Assembly (NCBI GenBank): GCA_964016885.1
Contig: OZ024740.1
Coordinates: 131,006,001 to 131,070,000 of the forward strand
Length of the DNA stretch: 64,000 nucleotides
Source: Eledone cirrhosa
Taxonomy: Eukaryota
Reading direction: 5' to 3'
Shown here: piece after piece, positions 54,988 to 64,000 of the stretch
Layout of the letters: each line of letters begins with the position of its first letter
Numbering within the stretch: the first letter of the stretch is position 1
The notes under the pieces: generated by a model
Seen by the model: only the letters and a program-made list of their open reading frames with translations
The model's database searches: none
Told to the model about the DNA's origin: nothing
Program-made: the position numbers and the translations under genes

Positions 54988-55031
54988 TTAAAAAGAACAA
55001 AGGAACTATTATGACATTATAACAAGTTTAT

Positions 55032-55077
55032 TGCCGACAGCCGTTTCGTCCGACCATAAGTGGGACTTTTCAAGGCA
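55032..55077 (-). ncRNA. Variant-core hammerhead ribozyme-like motif
   Basis: Minus strand: tgcc TTGAAAA gtcc-cacttatggtc-ggac GAAA cggctg TC ggca. Stems I and II are perfect with a GUC site, but the core is UUGAAAA rather than CUGANGA. The element lies between (TA)n tracts. Confidence 0.6.
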
Positions 55078-55150
55078 TATAACATGTGATTGTAAGATCA
55101 TTATTTACATCAACGTATCACTCAAGACTAGCAGTTTCAGTATATATATA

Positions 55151-55210
<60 letters not shown>

Positions 55211-56144
55211 GAGTCTACCATCTGGTTCTATCAGACAACCACCGTGATGTGTATACATTCGGTGAGGTCCTCCAATTATAAATATCAGTAGATTTTATTG
55301 GCTCAGATGCTAACTGTATAGTTGACTATATGTTCTTACTGGTAGCTTCATAAACACAATAATAAAACACAAGCACCCTTAGAACCCTATTTCATTTTCT
55401 GAGCGTGTTTCGTTAATATAGGTCGCGGAATATCAATGCTAGCGTCTAAATAATTGTGTTTGTTTTTTAGACAAACCCCTAATATAACAGAGCCATCTCA
55501 GTTAGTGGTTTCGTAGATAATGTAGACATTATACACACAATTTCCCAAGAAAATAGATCCAGGCTTAGACCTAGAACATTCACCTGCGTCCTACCCATAT
55601 TTTCAATGTAACACTGTTCTTAAGGAAACGCAGGTATTAATAGGCAAAAGTTACATTTCAACCTTAGGCGCACCTGCAGGTTCAAATGTAGTATATGATT
55701 ATCAAAAGATAAATTACAATGATGAACACAGATGCACATGCATGGGAAACAATGATTACCTAATGCAACCGGCTTCTAAGAAATAGTTGATGGTATTTTG
55801 ATTAAAAATGTCATTTAAAATGAAACTAGAAGTGGGCAGAAATAGATATGTGAACCTGGTAAATGATGCGGTTAAGTAGATATTTTATTAGCATGCTTCG
55901 AAAATCAAATTGCTTGAATTATTTTCGCTACTGAAATGTTTGTAGGAATTAAAGAACATAAGTATTTCTTATTACATGAGATACAGTAGAGTAGAAAGTG
56001 CAACCCATAAATCAATAAATCAAAAATATATGGACACTAAACTAGATTTGGAAACCATCTAAATTTTATATCAACTCCAAAATTGTGATGTACATCAAAT
56101 GTTTATATTACTATTTATATATATACATAGATATACATACATAT

Positions 56145-56221
<77 letters not shown>

Positions 56222-56231
56222 GCAATTATAT

Positions 56232-56710
56232 ACGAGGTGTGTCAGAAAAGTTCCAGGGCTGATGTCACAAAAGATTTATTTCAAACCCAATTTCACACTT
56301 AGAGTTTTCTCCTTCAAAGTAATCCCCCTGGAGTATGTAACTGTAATATTTACTCTCTGCAGCGATCAAACTTTTTTCTTAATAATTTTATATACATGTC
56401 CTCTGTTTCATGTCGTCAAACAATGAGCACAGAGTAACGAACAAACTTGAAGTTTCTGGTACGGTTGGGGAAAACTCGGTCAGAAGCACTGGGATTGCTG
56501 CAGCTAGTGTATGGAGATGAGACGATGTCACACTCACGTGTTTTTGAGTGGTGTAAGATGAGCCCAGGAGCGGAAGGCCCACAGCAACCAGGACTGAGGT
56601 CAACGTTGAGCACGTCAGGCAGATGGTGCGTAGCGATCGTCGGTTGACTGTTCAACTGATGGCAAATGAGCTGCACATGAATCGGACAGCGCCTGGAATA
56701 TTCTCACTGA
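56232..56710 (+). mobile_element. Mariner (Tc1/mariner) transposon 5' remnant
   Basis: TA plus TIR-like cgaggtgtgtcagaaaagttcc. KFLVRLGKTRSEALGLLQLVYGDETMSHSRVFEWCK is a mariner N-terminal HTH. No DD34D domain or second TIR is seen. Confidence 0.8.
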
Positions 56711-56864
56711 ATAGTAGTTGTGTTCAATGAGTATGCAAACACATCCAACTTCAATGTACCTATTATGGACACGTATATATATTGTTTACTATGTACGTTA
56801 CTGTGGTGGGAACGATAGTGGAGGAGCCAATCGGTTTATATTTGGTGATGAATATAAATATAAT

Positions 56865-57038
56865 TGTTCCTACTTTTGGCACAAGGCCAGTAATTATCAG
56901 TACATTACTGGTACTTTATTTCATCGACCCCATGTCGATGAAAGGCAAAGTTAACTTTGGCGGGATTTGAACTCAGATCATAAAGGGACGTAACTGTGTT
57001 GGAAAGCATGTCCGAGCCTCTACCGATACTGCCAATTC
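56865..57038 (-). mobile_element. tRNA-derived SINE copy
   Basis: Homologous to 1428-1611 and preceded by ataat. Confidence 0.85.
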
Positions 57039-58304
57039 AATGATAATGAATGTGCTGAGAAGGAAACTATACTAACGATGACAATAAGATATTATTTGAC
57101 TCGGTGATGCCATATAATAGATAGCTAACTTTTCTCAATATGATAATATTTTTGGTACAGCGTCACTAATCCCGGAATTACCACGTTGATTTTATGTCAG
57201 AATTATTTTTATACTCCAATAAATATGCCTTGTTTTGTGCTACAATTTACTAATTAATAAAGGTAATAACAATTGTATATGCTCTATTTTTGTTTTCTAA
57301 TATTATTGTAAATTAATTTCAATAAAAAAATAAAAATAAAACACGTAAATTCTAATTCGGATTTTAAACGAAGTTGTACTTCGTCTACTAAACTTATACA
57401 CCAGTCAATTGTTAATAAAAATAAACTATTCATTTGTATCTATATTAACATCGTATAAATTGTTGGTGGAATAATCTATGTTATTAAATAAACTATAACC
57501 TACAATTATCTGCGAATTGGTCAATTGATGAAAGTGGTTTGCCATTATGTGTGCACTGTGACTGTAACTAAGCTACATATTCAGCACACTGTAGCAGCAC
57601 TTTAGCGCCTCCATTTTCGTTTCAGTATATTCCAATAAGTAAAAATTACAGTAAATAATTTATTTTTCTATGCATGTATTAACCAATCCTCTACTTAACG
57701 TATATGTGTATTATTGTGAAAGGTGTTTATACGCGTTTTCAGGTTTACTGAAACTTTCACATTATTTTTTGGACTGTGATTTCACTTGTGTAGATAGTAG
57801 AATAAATCCTGGTTACAAATCACCTGCTATCTCTTTATGTTTTATTTTACTTTTCCCCAATTCCTATTTCATTTGTTATTTCTTGTCTTAAGCTGTTTTT
57901 ATTAGAGCCTTGTGAAATGTAATCGACTTCGAATGTTATTGCACACAAATATTAATATCAATAGCTTAAAACATACACGGATATCAGCTCTAGAATTGAA
58001 GAATTTCAGGTCAAGCTCCTCTATCACTTACCATCCGCAAATCCTAACAGCATGGTACACTGTCATCGGAATTCAACGCAAAGTAAGTGAGGAAATAATG
58101 ACTGTGGTGCTTCAGAAATTCTATGCATTCATTGAGCAACTTTGTCCATAATGTTGTAAATTATGCAAGATGACAAGTCAAGCAAAGGTGGAGTCATAAA
58201 TTGGTCTAAATTGCATTTCTGCAAAAAATAGTGGCTAAGACACATGTACATATCGATGTACATATAGCCACAACCACAGGACATATATATACATATATCC
58301 ACAA

Positions 58305-58357
<53 letters not shown>

Positions 58358-58359
<2 letters not shown>

Positions 58360-58641
58360 AGAAAATTAGTTTCAAAAAAAGAAAAATACGATATGTGTCC
58401 TACACAGGTGAAAATATATGTAAAATCATTTGAAAAAACAACTGGAGACTTTTAAGATTATTTATTTGTTTCACAGTTCCTATGCTTTTCAAAAGTAACA
58501 TTGAGATGTAGAGTTTGCGTTTCTGTGGGCACGCATCTGATGGGAAACAAACCAGAACCTCTCAATAAGAACTGTGAGACCACTAAAATAAATCAATATT
58601 CTGAAAAGACTCCATTTGGAATTCAATTTATTTTCATATAA

Positions 58642-58645
<4 letters not shown>
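58358..58645. mobile_element. (TA)n-embedded dispersed repeat (family of 10201-10410) with decayed HHR-like frame on minus
   Basis: Homology to 10201-10410. Minus strand reads cacagttc-ttattga...GAAA agca TA ggaactgtg, with stem I intact and the core mutated. Confidence 0.55.
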
Positions 58646-58726
<81 letters not shown>

Positions 58727-58749
58727 TGTGTGTGCGTGTGTGTGTCTGC

Positions 58750-59367
58750 ATTTATTTATCAGACATCATCTGCAAAAGACTACGATAATTGCAGGAAAGA
58801 AAAGCAGGTAAGGACTGTGTGGGTAGGAACTGACACAAAAAGTGTGAAAGAGAGATGGCACTCTCTTGGAAGTGACGACGTTGGAAAAAAAGAACGGCAT
58901 TGAAGTTAATGGAAATAAAGTATTGGATGAGATTTGCTGAACAATCTACACCAAATTCTTCATATTTACTGTGGCAGACACCCCTCCATCATATTACAGA
59001 GGACACTACTTTCAAGGCCCTGTTATAATCACCAGTGCGTGTATCGGTCGAAAAGGGCATCAAGCAAGAAGATAACGACTCTCCGATGCTCTTCACGGCA
59101 TGTTCCGAATTGATGATCAAAGACATTGACTGAACAGCGGCATGCAACTTCACGTCGCGCTGCTCAGCCATTTTCAGACATTGCATAACGCTCTTCCTTA
59201 AACTTTCCAGGTAGCTAGAGGTCAAGCTGGAGGAGCTGAACAACAGGGATTCTGTTGTCGACTTGACGATCAATCGTGCTAACACAAAGTACATGCAATC
59301 CGAAGGCATGGGACCCGGTGAAGTTGTGTTTGGAGGTGATGACATCGAGACAGGAACAGGGGGAACT

Positions 59368-59433
<66 letters not shown>

Positions 59434-59735
59434 GCAAAGCTCTAACCATGGCACGCAAAATGAATAATGAGATTTCACGAAGAACAAGATCAGGCTGGGG
59501 AGCGTTAACTCTGCAAAGGATGTGCTGAACGAGAAACACGTCAAAGCCACTCGATCAGAACTGTTCAACGACACGGTGCAAACTGAAATATCCTATGCAT
59601 CTCAAACGTAGGCGATGAAGAAGTGGGAGGAAAAGCGGTTAATAACGGCTTAAAGATTCATGGAAATCTCGATGCTGGAAATCTCCTTGAGAGATCACAT
59701 ACAAAACGATCAGATGAGGGAAAAAAAACTCGAGT
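58750..59735 (+). mobile_element. RTE-clade LINE RT fragment, decayed, interrupted by (TA)n at ~59367-59431
   Basis: V.VEKGIKQED..SPMLF (GVRQGD.SP.LF motif) and KLEELN......LTINRANTKYM. Confidence 0.65.
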
Positions 59736-60021
59736 GAAAGATCAATATCGATTATTGGTAATCGATAATCGGTAACTTAGATAAATGTTTACTTCGGCTT
59801 ACGAAATATGAAAGGTTACCATAAGAAAATTAAGAATTTACCACCTTAAAGTATATACATCCTCTTACATATTATATGCTTTATATCGATGTACTAATTA
59901 CTGTATTCCGCTAAAGATATATGGCCCTTTATCTCTATGTATATACAGATAACCTAAAATTTGAATCACCATTTTGAAATATGTTCATAACCCCATTAAC
60001 TGCGGGTGTCCACACACGGGC

Positions 60022-60049
<28 letters not shown>

Positions 60050-60057
<8 letters not shown>

Positions 60058-60798
60058 AAGTGAGTCCTTCATCAGTGACCCTCCAACCGTCCTCGGCATT
60101 TCATCGCTTTAAGGGCCATATGCCTCAGGTTGGTGCGAACAACGGCTAAAAAAAGTCGTTGGGACACGTAAATAAAGGGGGACGCTAGAGTAACAACAAC
60201 AAGGTTTAAGCAACGGAAAGTGAGTAGAAATAGACAAGTCCCAGATCTCTATGAATATAAACTCTGTGAAATCGTGAACAAGAGACGAAAGACCATCAGA
60301 CCTGGTTGAAATGTGACAAGGAAAGAATTTCGCCCAAGTTTGACGGGGGGGGGAAGAGAGAGAGAGAGAGAAAGAAAAAGGAGAGAAGAGGAAGAAGAAG
60401 AAGAAGAAGAAGAAGAAGATAAGGGAGTCTGGTCTACGAATTCGGTAAACGCAAGTTTTATGAAGTCGCAGACGAAAGAGAGAGAGAAACAAATTCCATA
60501 CCAGCTCGGTCAAGACTGCGCGAGAAAAGAATTACACACAGGTCAAACTTGAAGGAGGAGGAGGAAAGAGGAGGAGGAGAGGTAGTGACAGAGAATGAGT
60601 GAGTGACAGTTGAGGAGAGGGTAACAGAGAGGGAGACTGCTAGAAGTGGTAAAGATACAAGGAACGAAACAGACGAAGGCAGCATGGAAAAGTTATATGT
60701 GTAAATATGATGATAATAATGGAGCTGCGGCGTTGCAAATGGGATACATATGAAAAAGTGAGTCCTTCATCAGTGACCCTCCAACCGTCCTCGGCATT
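60050..60798 (-). mobile_element. ~750-bp non-coding element in (TA)n with identical 51-bp terminal direct repeats
   Basis: atatgaaaaagtgagtccttcatcagtgaccctccaaccgtcctcggcatt at 60050-60100 and 60748-60798. The repeat contains CTGATGA on the minus strand; strand assignment rests on that only. Confidence 0.8.
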
Positions 60799-62004
60799 AT
60801 ATATATATATATGTGTGTGTGTGTATGTATGTGTGTGTGTATGTGTGCGCGTGTGTGTGTGTGTGCGTCTGAGGGAGCCCATCCAATACCAGTTTTGCAC
60901 ACTGAAGGAATTGCTAAATATTAATTTAACAGAGCATACTAATATTACATTAGGAAACGCGAATGAGATGAGAAAAAAAGTGTACCTATCTACTTTGGCG
61001 TCCCGACTGACTCTTCGCTGAGTAATATTATTCTACATCTCTCTCTAATATATTGAACTGTATCAAGAAAATAGTCAACTGAACAATTTTTTATATACTT
61101 CCCGCGTCTACGCATTTATCTCATTTTTGTCAAGAATTGTGGCGAATTGCTCTAAATGTAATGGTTTACAGATAAATCATATCCAATAACATTATGAGAA
61201 TATTTGTTATTTTTTAATTAAGTAAAATATGGAATTATTACATCGTGAGTTATTTGTATTGTCGTAAATTTATATTTTCATAATACCTTGAAGAATTCAT
61301 TATAATTATAAACAAATATAAATTTTATTTAGCTGGATACGTTAATTAATAGCTATCAGCAAATATAGTGTGAGAAGTGTATTCAGTAATTTTGTGTTAT
61401 TCACATACAGCATATTTCCTGCGGTACATATTGTTATTTGGTCATATATTGTCGTTGTTTCAGTAGAAGATAAAAAGAATATTAAACAGTGTGACAAGAA
61501 ATGAATTCAATATAATCGCTATTATATTACGATGTAGATGTACTACGTTCTTCTGTTTTTCAATGTTTTCCAACATGGTCGTTGTCATCATCATCATCAT
61601 CATCATCATCGTCATCGTCATCGTCATCATCATCATCATCATTCTCATCATAAATTTCAACTTTCTTGAATCTTTATATTGTTGCTCTATATTTAGTAAC
61701 TCTCACATTAATTCGAGTACTGATAATCCACAAATCCTCAAGTCATAAATGTCACTAAATGTTTTATGTTGTAATGTTTCTCTAGTGACTCGGTCAAAAG
61801 TTAACGACTATGGCACTGAAGTTCCCCCTTCCCCATCAACAATAGAAAAAGCCCTAGCACCACCGGCATAGCCAATATCAACAACAGAGGCAACTTCAAC
61901 AAAAAGTATATTATATTATTTATAATAATATTTCTCTTACCCACACAGGGCTCACAATAAGGGACCATTCATAATAATAACAATTTAAAAAAAAACAAAA
62001 CAAA

Positions 62005-64000
62005 ACCATGACCAAGAAACACCAGGATGGCGGCCGGCAGGGAATAGCCGTGTCTCTAAGGGAGGACTACCCCTCTAGTCTTGGTTGACACTCATCCTAG
62101 GAGTGGTAACACGAAATGATTACCCCGTGGCTGTTAACGATAAAACGCAACAAAATAAATCCAATGTCAAATGATAAAATCTCATATCGGATCGGCCGTC
62201 ACCCGGGTCAAATAGGACCGCGTCCGTCAGAGAGGAACCAGTCTGCGGTCGAAAAATCAGCTAATGGTTCAAACATTCCCATCAATTCGGAGCTGGAAAC
62301 CTTCCATAACCGAAATACTCATATTGTTGGGCCTCTATGCTCACCACCAAGTAATCCAAAGAAAAAGAGAGAAAAATGGTCAAGGGAAGACAATAAAGGA
62401 GTCTTGAGCTTTCTACACTGCCATGTACTACCCATCAAATCGATCGAATTACAGAACAGACGTATATCAACTGTAATAAGAAATATGTATAAAATAGAGA
62501 CTATATTGACAGTAACATACAAACTAAGATACGGAGAAATAATGTTAAGAAAAAGGTACTAACTGATATAGAAATTGATCAGATCAAGCAATTAGCACAA
62601 AGTCAGCGAAGGGAGTATGAAACATGTGTCAGTGACAACGAGGTAAATGTTTACACTCAGATCCCAGCGTTGGGGCGGAATCACTGACGAGAGAAAAAAT
62701 TAAAGAGAGGATCGAAACATTGGTAGGAGTGCATGCTCAAGATGAATCACAAAATGAAAACAATGATATCGTAAATGATAACGAAATGAATGAGATGGAA
62801 TTCGCCAACTTGTAAAATGAAATTATGATCGAATGGATGCAAATGGAAGAATCTGACATGGGTGAACGTGACACTCTCTCTAAGATCCAGAACGCCAAAC
62901 AGAACCAAAGGATAATACACAAGACTAACATACCTCTCAAAAACATTATCATCATAAACAAACTAAACATTACTGATCGAAATCATATCTATTATGCATC
63001 TGATAAAGTCACCACTCACTTATGTGGAGTGAAAATGAAAAATCAAAGGAAAAATCAAAGGAATTCCCACAAGGAATTCCCACAAGAAATCGACACATTT
63101 TGCTTGATTGTTCCTATAAGCATGTCTGTTTCACTTGTTGTTTTATACTGTATTTTATTCTTAATTTTCTAAGTTTAGTTTGTTTAACAAACTACAAAGT
63201 AGGTGAACATGTTAAACAAACTAAACTTAGAAAATTAAGAATAGAATACAGTATAAAACAACAAGTGACACAGACATGCTTATAGGAACAATCAAGCAAA
63301 ATGTGTCGGCCAAAGCTGCTTTTATAAGGCGCTTTAAAAAACGATCTAGATTCTATTAGGACAATAATATGTTCAAAAACAACCAAAGAAACTTCAACAG
63401 AAAAATTGGTATGTCAACAATAACTGCTAAATCAATACCACCCAAGGAGGAAGTGCAAAAATTCTGGGAAAGGTTCTGGGCCGAAGAAATACTTCATAAT
63501 ATACATGCCCCATGGATAGACAGACAAATGAAGGATACAGCTCACCTTGATGAACAAACACGGAAACATATAAAAATATAACGGTTGAACATCTGCGTTT
63601 AACACTTAGAAAATCTAGCAAATGGAAATCCCCAGGGAAAGGAAAAACCCCAAATTTTAGGATAAGCACCTTCACAGAGTCTCATGAGCTGTTGCCCAAC
63701 TTTACAATGAAAGAGTTAAGGAGCCAGAAAAGATACCATCATGGCTAGTTAACGGCATTACATGCCTACTTCCGAAGAAAGATGAGACTAATAATCCACA
63801 AAATTACAGACCGATAACTTGCTTGACCACAATGTATAACATTTTAAAATTAGTCCTAACTGAATATACATATGAACACCTGATAACAAATGATATATTT
63901 CCCAATGAGCAGAAAGGGTGTAAACGAGGCTCATATGGATGTAAAGATCAGCTTTTGGTTAACAAAATGATACTGGTAGATTGTGATAATACACAAAAAA
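62005..64000 (+). mobile_element. R4/Dong-like LINE copy I, 5' portion, decayed; runs off the window
   Basis: KREKWSRED, QRNFNRKI...PPKEEVQKFW, WKSPG, NYRPITCL and EQKGCKRGSYGCKDQL. Preceded by taataataa. Confidence 0.85.
63091..63308. repeat. Fold-back inverted duplication (99-bp arms, 20-nt spacer) inside LINE I
   Basis: cgacacattttgc...tgtttaaca (63091-63189) is the near-perfect reverse complement of tgttaaaca...gcaaaatgtgtcg (63210-63308). Confidence 0.95.

Noticed and set aside
55440-55770. Possible Penelope RT-linker/GIY-YIG remnant
   Set aside because: Only vague motif resemblance (NVVY), too decayed to support.
58010-58082. Possible exon bounded by tttcag and gtaagt
   Set aside because: Such splice-like pairs are expected by chance in 64 kb and no product is recognisable.
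62010-62130. HDV-like ribozyme at the 5' end of Dong-like copy I (gaccaag/cttggtt pairing)
   Set aside because: P1- and P4-like stems exist, but I could not find a convincing P1.1 or P2.

Overview
AT-rich eukaryotic (animal) DNA, intergenic or intronic, with no host gene I can support. The SINE families and microsatellite load resemble a cephalopod (Octopus-like) genome, which is my inference. The core (about 14.9-43.4 kb) is a stack of non-LTR retrotransposons piled into (AAT)n/(TAA)n microsatellites. It holds four large Tx1/L1-clade LINEs on the minus strand (gag-like CCHC ORF1, APE-RT ORF2), two Tx1 3' stubs, several R4/Dong-like RT-RLE LINEs (on the plus strand apart from one rearranged fragment) and tRNA-derived SINEs. 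All large copies are disrupted. Main observations: (1) the Tx1 family and the SINE share a 3' end (CCTTGTG-N8-AGAAA..ATT), orientation, ATAAT target and 17-18 bp TSDs, suggesting a TAA-targeting Tx1/SINE pair; (2) a GTAAGT-N31-34-ATG linker (ending CAAC) between ORF1 and ORF2 is conserved in all four Tx1 copies; (3) at least seven hammerhead-ribozyme-like motifs sit in several short non-coding elements, most embedded in (TA)n; (4) there are several template-switch or fold-back scars. Flanks hold RTE, CRE-like, Penelope-like and mariner remnants. Most short ORFs in the track are microsatellite or antisense artefacts.
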